Assembly: GCF_006345805.1 (NCBI RefSeq)
Contig: NC_043008.1
Coordinates: forward strand, 31,682,001 to 31,746,000
Source of the DNA: Octopus sinensis
Taxonomy: Eukaryota
DNA length: 64,000 bases
Direction of reading: 5' to 3'
This document shows, piece by piece, positions 51,651 to 63,920 of the stretch. A program made the position numbers and the translations under genes. Position 1 is the stretch's first letter. Every line of letters starts with the position of its first letter. The notes under the pieces are model-generated. The model ran no database searches. It saw only the letters and a program-made list of their open reading frames with translations, and had not been told where the DNA came from.

Positions 51651-52065
51651 GGCGCAGGAGTGGTTGTGTGGTAAGTAGCTTACTTTCAAACCACATGGTT
51701 CCGGGTTCCGTCCCACTCCGTGGCATCTTGGGCAAGTGTCTTCTACTATATCCTCGGGCCAACCAAAGCCTTATGAGTGGATTTGGTAGACGGAAACTGA
51801 AAGAAGCCCATCGTATATATGTATATATATGCGTGTGTATGTGTGTATGTTTGTGTTTCTGTGTTTGTCCCCCTGGCATTGCTTGACAACCGATGCTGGT
51901 GTGTTTATGTCCCCGTCACTTAGCGGTTCGGCAAAAGAGACCGATAGAATAAGTACTGGGCTTAGAAAGAATAAGTCCCGGGGTCAATTTGCTCGACTAA
52001 AGGTGGTGCTGCAGCATGGCCACAGTCAAATGACTGAAACAAATAAAAGAGTAAAAGAGTAAAGA
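51651..52065 (+). mobile_element. SINE family 1, full length, young; further copies at ~4330-4735(+), 9435-9810(+), 15190-15580(-), 17775-18155(+), 43710-44150(+), 44270-44730(+) and partial ones elsewhere
   Basis: ggcgcaggagtggttgtgtggtaag head, CpGs retained. Confidence 0.85.
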
Positions 52066-53918
52066 ATATTGTCAAAACTAACATCAGTCCATTTACAACA
52101 GAGTCCAATGTTGTTTCTCCTGGTGAGTCTTTCCCTTTCAACTGTCCACTCCTTTTGACTTTAAGCAGTTCTTGTTAATGCTCTATAAATATAATAAGTT
52201 TGTTGATTGTTTCATTAGTTATTTCTAAATACAACTAATTGCTAATTAAATAAATAGAACACTGCAGATTAGCCTAATTCATAACAACCACTGAATTATT
52301 AATTAATTTTCAAAACATGTGTATTCTTCTGTGATTCTAAATTTCGTTTTCTTTTTGTTCCTATTTTGTCATAATATACCAGCCTAAAAAGAATGGTGAA
52401 CTGACAGAAATGGTTGAGACCACATGGTTTCAAATCCTACAAGAACTGATTTTTCTTTCATCCTTCTCAAGTTAATAAAATCAAGTTCCAACGAAGAACT
52501 GAGTTTGAGCTTAATTGAATATGTCCTTACCAAAAATTACAGAGCTTGTGTATATACTAATGTAGTGAGGCTTCAGTTGACATGCCATCATTAAAGGCAA
52601 CATGTTGTTTGTTATAGGAGGTATTGATGCCTATACAAATATAGTCCAACCAATTAGAATTGCTACTTGTTATGGTTGATTCAGTGAACTTAAAAGGAAA
52701 TGAGAAAGTTTTCCCATCAAATAGCCTGACCAAAAGTTCTAGATACTTTTACTTACAGTTATAAAAAGTTAACAAATTCAACCTCAGATAGAGCCATCCA
52801 GAACCCACACTGAACTATGTCACTGTATGTGATATTCCCATGCCCTCTTCCACTTTTCATTACTTAAAATCTTTATGTCACGTTTGAGAAAAGGGGTTGG
52901 CTTTGCATAATAATGTCAAATATGCACTCATCGTTCCTTTAAATTAAATATATGTATACATGTAAATATAAGCAATGTGTGTTAATAAGACTATATGAAA
53001 ACTCAAATATTAGTGTGGTCATTCTTGACTTCACATGGAGCCACCTAATATTGTGCACTACCAACAAAGGATTAATGATTACAGCCCTCCTAAACTAGAA
53101 ATCAATATACTACCCCTTACAAACTTTGCTGAATGATGGATGCAAGTTTATATACATGTGTGTGTGCAGTGTACATTCATACATACATATATAGATGTGT
53201 GTATTTTTTTCTATTTTAATATCCACTTTCTCATGCTTGCATATGTGTGTGTGTGAGGGATAGAGAGAAAGAGAGAGTGTGTGATTTGAGTAGGTATTCA
53301 GTAATTACACAATAATAATTTACTAAAAAGTCATATATACCATTTCTGAAAGAAATGCGAGAATACATTTGGATAGCATAATATAGTGTTTTTAATTTTC
53401 CAACTCTAATGTGCTATACTTAATAACAGAGTCTTCAACTGTCTAATTATAAAATACAGATTACCACAGAACAACGTGGCAGCCATTCATTATTGAATAC
53501 TTTCAACCCTTAAATATTATAATATGAAGACACTCACTCCTTGATTGCTCACCCTTTAATGAAAATTACAATCTCTGTTAACAAAAGCATTGTTGACTCA
53601 AAATAAAATCTACCTACCATGGGTCAACAGAGAACCTCTAGATGGTCGCTCAACTTGCTAGAAATAATAGCCAGATTTCTTTCATGTAACATCATACTTT
53701 TCTAAAATAGGAAGCATACACTGAATGGTATAGTTGGAAGACCATTATATCTGAAAAAGAAGATGGATGCTTATGGCTTGAATAACTTTAAATATAAGGT
53801 CTACTTTATCTGGAGGTTAAACAATAACAACAACCAGCATGGTGTTGGAGTTTCTGTCAATCATATGAAAGCTGCTTTAAATAACATCTTCCTGAGAAAA
53901 CTGAGGCAAACTACTTCA

Positions 53919-54112
53919 GTGCTACTTTAGCATGCGGCTTTCTGCAGTATCCACAGTCTATGCTGTGAAATGACCTATCTGAGTTGGGGTTAGGGTTCAG
54001 ATTAGATTTTAGGGCTAGGTGAGGGTTTAGGGTAAGGGTTAAGAGTTAGGATTTGGGTAAGACTGCATGCAAAGGTGTAAATGGCCAGGTAGAATGCATG
54101 TAAAAGTGACAC
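53919..54112. mobile_element. Helentron/HINE-like short element with degenerate TTAGGG core
   Basis: Imperfect inverted repeat gtgctactttagcatgc / gcatgtaaaagtgacac enclosing ggttagggtt-type repeats. Confidence 0.5.
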
Positions 54113-54499
54113 CACTAATTTTTACCAAGGATCAGTAATAAAGAGCACACAGAGGTTTCTTTGGCTTGATAAATATGTCTTCAGTTAAAAAGGTATACAA
54201 TAGAGAAACGAGTGTCTTCATTTAAAAGCATTTAATATGCAAAAGGATTCAATACTGATAATAAATCAAAGAGAGCTGCATTGTACAATAGTACCAATAT
54301 TCTTTTCTATTCTAGGCACAAGGCCCGAAATTTTGGGGGAGGGGGTCATTCAATTAGATTGACCCCAGTATGCAACTGGTACTTAATTTATCGGCCCCGA
54401 AAGGATGAAAGGCAAAATCAATCTCAGCGGAATTTGAACTCAGAACGTAAAGACAGACGAAATACCGCTAAGCATTTCACCCGGCCTGCTAATGTTTCT

Positions 54500-56120
54500 A
54501 ATTTTTTTTACTACCCACTACAGGGCAAACATAGAGGGAACAACATACATGTGGTGACACACAAACAGAGAAAAAAGTTAGAAGCAACATACGAAGAATG
54601 ACATGGAAAGTGAAATGAAAAATGGAATGAAACCACTATGCCCCACTTCATAGCAGCTTCATTTATACCTTTTAAACTTCATTCCCACTAGAAGATCAAT
54701 TTCGAATTCTTCCACCACTTCCTCATATGTCATATACTGTGGTAATACATCCCAGTCCAATTTGACCTCCCAACACCTATATCCACTTTTAAATCTTTTT
54801 TTTCTGTTCATCTGAGCACAGCGTACAACAGTGCCATCCCTTTATGTTGTCAAAACTCGTTGTTCCAACTGTTTTAAAGTCTTCCCAAGATAACACTTCT
54901 TTACACAGTTTTTCATTTGAGTACTCATACATTACTGCATGGCATTTTTTTTTCCTCTTTGTTTGTCTGGAGGGAGGTAGTTTGGGAGTTCTGTTTGTAC
55001 ATTTTTCTGTGTCAGAGAGGGATGGGCAGGTTTGGTGTTTGTAGGGGGTAGGGTGGGTCGAAGAGGGTGTTGGGTGGTTATGGGCTTAATTTTTTCCTTT
55101 TTCCTATTGTTTCCCATTTGTTCTCTGTTTCTTTCTTCTCTTCTTCTGTTGATATCTTTTCTTGCTCTTTCTGGGTCTCTTCCTCTTGTATCTCCATCTT
55201 TTTGGTCTTTGAAGGGCAATCTGATCTGATGTGGCCTTTCAGGTCACATTTAAAGCATCTAGGGATTTTGACCCCCCACCCTGACCCTCATTATCACGCT
55301 GTCCATACTTATTGTTTTTGTAATGTTTTCTAGGATTTCAATTGAACCTAGAATAATCATGTCCAGTATATGTCCCTTCCATATAACACTGTGTGTTTTT
55401 GTGGCCTGGAGAATCACTATATTGTCCTCATTTCCCAGAAGGACAGCAGCTGCTATCCAGGCCACATCTATCTCTGGCAGAATTCCCTCCACTCTAATTC
55501 TGGTCGCATGTTATTCACAGTAAGTGGGCAAAAGCACCACTTCCTCACTCTTAATAGTAGTTGCTGTGTGCTTTTCTGCTGTTGCCACATCCTCTTGCAA
55601 GGTACACAATTTCATGCCATATTGGTCCTAACGCCTTCTCCACTTCACCCATGGTCACGACATCAATTTTTCCTTTAATTATTGAAAATGTCTTGTACGA
55701 AATTGTCCTTTCTTTGATATCATTAAGCATCTCATGCGGTTGCGGGGAGGGGCAACTTAACGTCAAATCCATCCTGACTTAACAATTTTTGTAATTTTCA
55801 AACTCACCGATATTGACATCATTTTCCTGGCATTTTGCCATGTCCGCAAAGTTTCTCTTTTCTTCGTTTAATTTATTGTCCATTTTCTTGACCGTTTTCA
55901 AAAATTCTTCCTCTGAAGATGACATATCTGAAAAGCTGAAGTCTTCTTCAGACATCTTTTTCTTTAAGCCGACCCTAATCTATGAGGAGGGGAATCACAA
56001 ACGAATAGCTGCAAAGCAGCACAAAAACAATTTACAGAGGGTCAAAAAACACTGACACAAAATTACAACGACACTAACACAGTGAAGATTACTGCAAAAA
56101 CAACTTACAGACACTGAGTA
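54500..56120 (-). mobile_element. ORF1-only (Gag-like CCHC) non-LTR retroelement copy A, decayed; L1/Tx1-ORF1-like
   Basis: ATG at 55955 (MSEEDFSFSDMSSSEEEF...), RIRVEGILPEIDVAWIAAAV, knuckle CFKCDLKGHIRSDC at 55216-55257, several stops/frameshifts, A-rich 3' end, TSD gcctgctaatgtttct (54484-54499) / gcgtgctgacgtttct (56121-56136). Confidence 0.8.
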
Positions 56121-56169
56121 GCGTGCTGACGTTTCTGCCAGCTCACCGCCTTACAATAGTATCAATATT

Positions 56170-56500
56170 GTCGGCATACTGTGTGCTCCTGCTTGACTTT
56201 GTTTCCTCATAACTTTTTTTTTTTTAATGGATATCTCAATGAAACTTCCTACAAATTTTTTTACTAATACTAATGCAAATCACACATATATCAACAAAAT
56301 GCAACTTGAGATTTCGAAAAAACGATGCTATGCATGGCAGTAGGTCTGTGTGCGCGACCACCATTTTCTTTTTCATAATACATTCCGATATAATTGTAAT
56401 TTACATCATCTGAAAGGCATTCGTAGAAAATTTCATCAAAAATAATCATTTGTCTAAGAGTTATGAGGAAACAAAATCGATAGAGTACACTTGCGTAGGT
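56170..56500. mobile_element. Palindromic MITE; related half copy at ~50815-50960
   Basis: Perfect 17-bp inverted repeat tttgtttcctcataact (56198-56214) / agttatgaggaaacaaa (56459-56475). Confidence 0.65.
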
Positions 56501-56801
56501 GTGCCATATTTTCTTTAACTTTTTAATTATAATATACTATTTTGAATATTCTATAAGATTTTTAAAAAACAAACACCCTAAAAAGGGAAACAAAACTCTT
56601 CGATAAAGAAACGTATTTAAAAAGGGTTCGATGAGAATAAATTTTCGTTACCTTAACAATCGATGTGAATGGTTAATTATATACACAAGTCTTATTTCAT
56701 ATACGTAAATCTCAAACAGATACTCTCTTTGTTATAAATCTGCCCCGACATATATCCGGATAAACGTCGTTTTCAATGAAATAAATGTGTTATTGTTATT
56801 C

Positions 56802-56814
56802 ATTACCTAGCAAC
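56802..56814. promoter_or_regulatory. Candidate RFX X-box ATTACC-T-AGCAAC overlapping the putative exon-1 donor
   Basis: One mismatch to GTNRCC-N-RGYAAC. Confidence 0.4.
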
Positions 56815-56990
56815 CATGCGAATCAAAACATCCGTTTTATTCCATCAATACAGCCTACGAATCATCAGTGCTTATAGTCAGCGAGGGTGAGGAAGCGAGG
56901 GAAGGAACACGCCTACAAACATCAATGGTGCCTGAGAAGAAGTCATAATAACGAGTCCTGTCCTACAGTGAATTACCGTCGTAACACACA
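56807..56990 (-). other. ARMC9: Candidate non-coding first exon (5'UTR) of ARMC9; 5' boundary unknown
   Basis: Good donor TAG|gtaatg at 56807/56806 in non-repetitive CpG-containing DNA. The first coding exon has its own acceptor, so an upstream exon is required. Confidence 0.4.
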
Positions 56991-57478
56991 CACACGCGCA
57001 TATATATAAAATACATCCCTGTCCACTATATATATTGTTTTTAAAAAAACCATTCACATATAAATATATATAAGTAAAATGTGATAGATAGAGAGAGAGA
57101 GAAAGAGAGACAACACAGCTAGTATTTCCCTCAATCATTATTCGAAATTGCTTGTTTTCACTCAAAAACTGTGACCTGTGCGAAAGTTTAACAACTGACA
57201 ACTCTGAGTGATGGCAGATGAGGAGAAAACAATCACGAACCATAATTATACGCTTTGAGTACTTTTTCCCCTCATTTGTGAAAATAAATCTCACTCCTTA
57301 AACACACACGAAGTGTATACAAGTAATAAATTTAAAGCAAATTGAAGCTGATTGCTAAAATGAAAAAAAAAAAATTCAAAATGGGTATCAAAAGAAATTG
57401 TTTTGTTATTTTAGAATTTTTAAAAGAAAATTGCCGCGATTAACGCGAACAGTTCTAGAGTTACGTACCCTCGATAAG

Positions 57479-57492
57479 GTTACCATAACAAC
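57479..57492. promoter_or_regulatory. Candidate RFX X-box GTTACC-AT-AACAAC
   Basis: Fits the X-box pattern RYYNYY-N(1-3)-RRNRAC; lies upstream of a ciliary gene in CpG-retaining DNA. Confidence 0.5.
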
Positions 57493-59533
57493 TAGTTAAA
57501 CAAAAATATTTCTTCAGTTTTAAACAGTCATTTCGCTCTTGAATTTAGTATTAATCCCGCTACAAGGCTTTAATACAAGCTTAAATGGTATTTTTTTCTT
57601 TCTTTCTTTCTTTTTTTTTTGTTAACCGTTATTTTATTAATTATTGAGATATATTGTGCTTTGCAAGCGATATGATTTGCGGTCATGTGTAGGAGCGATG
57701 ATGCTCACACCGTATGAGACTTGAAACACACTCGTACACACACGAAGAGCCTAAACTAAGATTATTTTTCTTTAATAACGATGCTGATTATAGGATATCA
57801 AAATCTGCCACTGACCATGTATGACTAAATCACTAGACATCTTTTTACACCACTATATCGTCTCATCGTATCTTTCCATATTTTCTAAGAGTTGCGTCCC
57901 TTAAATTAATGAATTATATTTATTTCATTCTTTAACTATTTTGATATCAACCCGTCCAAAACTTCGCGTTTTAAAATGATCAAAATTAAAGACTTAACGA
58001 GGACAAAATTATTTCACTAAATTTTCCATTTTTTTATATAATTAAAACAAAGTGTTTCAATAGGAATATACCAACGAAAGAGCTAGAACTTTAGGCAGCG
58101 TATCATCAGCTTTTTCAAAGTTTCATTGCTATGCACACACACAAAAAAGTGAGGATTGAAACCGTTTTAAAAAATAGATGCATGTATTGCATTTAATCCA
58201 CAAAAGAGCATACATGTATTGTGGTGAATTAAAACTACTTAAGATTTCTGAATATCATGGCTGTCTTTCACTCGCCCCTGAAATCCGCGGTACAGCTATG
58301 GTCAATACATAGTAGTAGGGTTGAAAATGTCGACTCTAGGGCGATGGGTTGGTAAAACTGTAGACAAAATGGTTTGTGATTGTTACACTTCTTTATGCTC
58401 GGATTAAAATCCGTCTAGGATCGACTCTTGTCTTTTTCTTCTCGGCGTTGATAAAGCATGTACTAACGAAAAACTGCGCCTATGTTTAAAAATCAATACT
58501 CTTAGAGTGTCAGATTACCGGAGTGTCGAACAAAACGATTTGTAGTGTTTAGTTACACCTAAGTTCAAATCCTACAAAGGCTAGTTTAGTGTTTATCCTT
58601 CCAGGAGTCGATAAAGTAAACATTAGTCAAGTTCTAAGCCCAGTTTTATCGACTACAGCTTTTTCTAAAAAGTGAGTGACCTTATACTCATTTTAGGATT
58701 AGGATTGTTAATCATCACTTCTGAATAACTTGAACAAACTCATTCAATTTTGAAACATTTACATAATAATAATATCGTTTTTAGTTAATCTCGGATTTTT
58801 AAAGTTAGAAATTATAGTAAAACGCAGCACTAATAAATGTTATTGGTTTCTCGAGAATTTTCACTTTCTTAAATGTATTTTTAAAGACAAATCAATGTTT
58901 CAAACTCTAATATTATCATTAAAAAGAAATAATGGTAGTAGTAGCTAAACAAATTATCTTTCAATGAAAATGTTCAAATAAACTAATTGCTAAAAAAAAA
59001 AATTTTAATATGTACTATGTTCTAACCATTTCAGCTGCCTAAATCATGTTCACACTAAAACTTCACATCCAGGGATTCAATACACACCATAAATATTAAT
59101 CAATATTAAAATATTAATCAATAGTGGCAAAATTATTCCTAAACTCTTAGTATCGACGAGAACAATTTCAACGGTGACTGAGCAAATCTATGATATAAGG
59201 CATTCCAGCCATGACCACCAGGACATAATCTGATACGTTCTTCCTTCTTTAAAACAAAAGAAAAAGGGCGTTTTGAAGGAGAAAATTTGGTTTAGTACAA
59301 CGGAACACAGAAATGCTGCATGATGGGAGATATAGAATCGTCGAATGGTTTCAAATTTTGGCACATAGCCAGCAATTTTCGAGATTGAAGTAAGTTGATT
59401 ACACAGACTCCAGTGTTCAACTGCTACGTATTTTATGAGCTCCAAAGGATGAAAGGCATAGTCGACATCGGCAGAATTTGAATTCAAAACGTGAAGACGG
59501 GCGAAATTCTTCGCGTGCTAATGATTCTGCCAG

Positions 59534-61067
59534 AGTTTCTTTATTTCCCATAAAGAGTACACACAGAAATTGGCACAACGCATGTGGAAGACATTAAAAA
59601 ATTACACAGACAAATAAATAAATATAAAAATTAAAAGCGTATGATATACATGCATGATAACAATGAAATGAATATGAAATTGAACTATTTGCCCCACCAA
59701 GCAGTCTCATTTCTTCCCTTTACCATTTATGAGGTGTCTCCCTTAATATATAGACTCAATGCTGCTTTATTAAGTCTTTGTACTTCAAACTATACGGTGA
59801 CTTTTTAATGTCCGTGTACAGCCTCCAATATATGACTCCTTTTTTATAATTGGATATCACATCCTTTTGGCTTTGAGTTACCAGTACACACAATTGCAAG
59901 CCTATAATGTTTATGAATCCCTCCATGTTCACGAATTTCGCCTTTTTCCACCTCCTAATCTCACAAATCAAATCCTCTTCTGTCAACAAACAATAATTCT
60001 CACGGGGAGGGAGCTTTTGTAAATCCTGTGATGTCTGTTTGCTTTCTTTTTTCTTTTTGTTTTGTAAAGTAGGGGAATGGGTGGATTTGGTGTCTGCAGG
60101 TAGAAGGTGGGACTGAGTGGGTGTGGGAGGGATGGGACGGTTTGGGGTTTCATCTCGTTCTCTCCTTTCTTTCTCTTTTTCCCAGCTACTGTCCATACTT
60201 CCTCCTTACTCTGCGCTTCCTCCAGTATCTCCTGAATTTTTTCTGGCTCATTTTCCTCTTTTTCTGTTGCTTTCTGTGTGATACAGTGTGCCATAATGTG
60301 GCCTTTCTGGTCACATTTAAATTAACGAGGGACTCTTCCCTCCACCCACACTCTTAGAATCGTCTCTCCGATCGACACCGTTTCTACGAGTCCTTCCAGA
60401 GTTTCCACTTCCGCTTGAACAATTAGGTCTAGCGTCTTGCCTTTCCATTTTGTTCCTTCTATTTCTGTGGCCTGAATGACGGCCACCTCTTCCTTATTTC
60501 CGAGGACCGCTGCCGCAACCCAAACCACATCTATATCTGGTGGGATTCCTTCTACCCTAATCTTGGAAGTCTTTTTTCCAAGATAAGTGGGTAGAAGGAC
60601 CACTTTATCTGTTCTTGCCGTAGTCACTGCCTGTTGCCTTGCCACTTCCTCTATCCTAAAATGGATTACACCACGATCTTTTTTTTCCATTTCCTCTATC
60701 TTCTTGAGTGGTGACAACTTAACGTCATCCCACTCTCTATGCGCCATTTTACCGTCTTTGTCAATATTTGCTAAGCCCATCTCTCTTCTTTTTTTCTTTT
60801 GTCACTTCTGCGAAGTTCTTTTTACCTAATACTTTGTCCATCTTATTCACCGCCATTGTTAGTTCTTTATCTGAAGAGGACAACTCAATGCTACTAAGGT
60901 CTGAGTAAAACATTACTTCTGCCATTATCCTGGCTAACTCTCCTTAAAGCGGAAAGAAAGCACCTCTAGCAAAACCACTGCAAAGCAGCGCAAAAACAAT
61001 TTACAAAGTGTTAAAAAAACACTGGCACAAAATTACAACTGTAAAAATAACTTACAAACACTCAACG
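59534..61067 (-). mobile_element. ORF1-only (Gag-like CCHC) non-LTR retroelement copy B, decayed; related to copy A
   Basis: ATG at 60925, KIRVEGIPPDIDVVWVAAAV, knuckle *FKCDQKGHIMAHC at 60283-60324 (first Cys is now TAA), 3' AATAAAGAAA, TSD gcgtgctaatgattctgccag (59513-59533) / gcgtggtatcgattctgccag (61068-61088). Confidence 0.8.
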
Positions 61068-61149
61068 GCGTGGTATCGATTCTGCCAGCTCGCCGCCTTA
61101 GACTAGTCGAATATATATTGGCTATATCTTTGTAATTCAGTATCTCTTT

Positions 61150-61290
61150 CTCGCAACTAAATGCTTATACAATATAAAAGCAGCATAGAACCTACAATTC
61201 TCGGAAACCACTTTCATGCTCAGAATTGTCGAAGCACGGAATGAACTATCCTCGTCGGTTGTTTAAGTCAGGACACCAAATACTTCAAAA
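61150..61290 (+). mobile_element. Old degraded CR1 3' fragment
   Basis: cagcatag..cggaaaccactttcatgctcagaattgtcgaagcacggaatgaact aligns by eye to the CR1 C-terminus. Confidence 0.55.
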
Positions 61291-61304
61291 ATTCTATTCA
61301 TCAT

Positions 61305-61804
61305 ATTGGGCGGAATATTCACATATAACCCCTCATAACTTATCTATTTTTTGGAATTTTCAGAAAACTTTTACGAATTTGTGTTCTACACTCAGCAATT
61401 CATACGATTATGGAAAAAAATTTTTTCTTCATTTTTAAAATGCTAAAAGTTACACTCTTTTTTCGAATTTTTAAAAAATCAGTTTAAAATATGGACAGTT
61501 CGAATTTTTTGCTTACATACCAGGAACTGACTATCATCATTCCATAAAATGTGTTTATGGAGACAAAAATATTGAAAAACATCAAAACATGTCAGATTGA
61601 CAAACGAGAAACGAGGAAAGTATCAGGTGGTCGTGAGATGTAAAAATAACTGCTAAATCGCCCTTTAATCACACAATTTTTTTCCTCTGCATAATTGTAT
61701 GAATTTCTGTGTGTAGAACACAAATTCACAAAAATTTTCTAAAAGTTCCAAAAAATAAAATAGTTACGAATGGATATGGGGTGCTAAACCAGAATTCCGC
61801 CAAT
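61305..61804. mobile_element. ~500-bp MITE with long imperfect TIRs
   Basis: attgggcggaat/attccgccaat ends; internal gaatttgtgttctacac / gtgtagaacacaaattc. Confidence 0.7.
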
Positions 61805-62194
61805 TGTCGTTTAAATTATTCCCCACTATTTTTGTGGGGAATGCCCTTCTCTTCTGAAAATTGTCTCAGCCATGGAAGGGTGTATCACACTATTCGCTGG
61901 TTATATGCCAAATTGGTCCCCTTGTTTAACATCACCATTACAATCACCACTTGGTCCTTGCGTAACTTTAGTAGAGTTTGTTGCAAGCATTTAGACCAGG
62001 TCTGTCTCCTGTCTCAGAAGATAATTCAATATTCTTGATGCATTTCTTGCTAATGCAGCAACTCGTAATTCATGGATTTTTTTTTTCTCTTTCCCAGACA
62101 GTCTCAGATCTCCTGCAAAAGAGATCATAGAAAGGAAAAAAAAATTCAACTACATTTGGAGAATTTTAATATTTACAACCTCGCGGGCGGTGGT

Positions 62195-62485
62195 GGAGGC
62201 ACATGGCCTAGTGGTTAGAGCAGCAGACTCGTGGTCGGGGGATCGCGGGTTCGAATCTCAGACCGGGCGATGTGTGTGTTTATGAGCGAAACACCTAAGT
62301 TCCACGCGGCTCTGGCAGAAGGTAATGGCGAACTTCTGCTGACTCTTTCGCTACAACTTTCTCTCACTATTTCCTCCTGCAACTTGCAGCACACCTGCGA
62401 CGGACCGGCGTCCCGTCCAGGTGGTGAACCTATACACCAAGGAAACCGGCCCTAATGAGCTAGGTGTGGCTCGAAAAGGCAGGCA
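62195..62485 (+). mobile_element. tRNA-derived SINE with V-domain-like core (family 3)
   Basis: A box tggcctagtgg, B box ggttcgaatc, cctgcgacggaccggcgtcccgtccagg resembles the V-SINE core. Confidence 0.6.
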
Positions 62486-63920
62486 AAATGTTTTGGCGGC
62501 ATTTCGTCCGTCTTTATGTTCTGAGTTCAAATTCTGCTGAAGTCGACTTTGCTTTTCATCCCTTTGGGATCGATAAATTAAGTACCACTAGAGCACTGGG
62601 GTCGATGTAATTGACTTTACTCCTAACCCAAATTGCTGGCCTTGTGCGAAAATTTGAAATCAATTTTTACAGCGGCGAGCTAGTAGAATCATTAGCACGC
62701 CAGGCAAAATGTTTCGCGGCATTTCGTCGTCCTGACGGTCCGAGTTCAAATTCCACCGAGGTCGATATTACCTTTCATGCTTTCAAGGTTGATAAAATAA
62801 ATACCAGTTGAGCCTTGGAGTCGATGTAATCGACTTATACCCTCCCCGAAATTGCTGGCCTTGTGCCAAGATTTGAAAGCAATATTTACTGCGTCGGCTA
62901 AAAAAATATTCTCAGCTTTGTAATTACGGTTATGTACTTGACACTGCTGCTGAAGGACAATGATTCCTAAATGTTACAGAATTGTTTCTCAAAACTTGCA
63001 ACATGTCACACTAACTCTGACATATTAATTTTGATTCAAACAGGCCAAAGGGGGACAACTTTTTTTCTTTTCCCTTCACACTTTTTCTTTTATCTTCCTC
63101 TCATCGTTTTTCGTGTCTTCTCATGTTGTACACTTGAGTGTGACAAGCTGCTTGGAAACACGACATTCTACACAGCTTGCCAGCTTCTTGTGTTTTCACA
63201 ACAGGAAACAAATAGTAGCTCGAATTTAAATACCGTGTATATCAAATGATATTTATCTCTCACTGGATGCAGTACTTTTTTGTTAATTCCACCAATAACG
63301 GAACAGTAATATCCATCGGTCAGTGTAGCTTTTGATAGAATATCCGCGTTACGTAAGATATACAGAATGTTAAATGTGTGCTTGGCTGAAATTCGAAATT
63401 GAATCCACACACCAGTTGCTTGTCAGATGAATGTCTGATCCTTTGTGTTTTATCTCCATACTGAGGGATTAACGGGAAACACCTGACCTGCTAGGACCAT
63501 TATTGGTCATGGAAGAGTCACTCCATTGTTTTAGGTTTGACTTACTTCCTGACCACTGACCATACCTTATATAACTGCGAGTACCTTTCTCTCGCTCTCC
63601 TCAGTTTTGGACCGGCTAATGGAGAACACATATGTCTCGGATCTTTACCTTTTGACCGACAGATTAAAAAAAAAAATTTTAGTAACTAAACACTTTCAAA
63701 CTTCGTATACTGGTAGAATGTGTCATATAAAACATCCTTTACTTTTAGCGTTTTTTGAGAAAAATCTTATATTTAGGAAGTTATTTCACGTTAAAATTGT
63801 CCTGTTTCGGTAATTTCAACCAACCAATGACGTGTATTTAGCTGAATAAAATTACTGCTGTTGTTTGTCAACAAGAACTTCTAGCGGTGTATATTTCGTT
63901 TGTTACTGTTATTTATAACA

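Noticed and set aside
62195-62270. tRNA gene
   Set aside because: It has A and B boxes but continues into a SINE body and lacks a clean cloverleaf or poly-T terminator; the same holds for the other tRNA-like heads.
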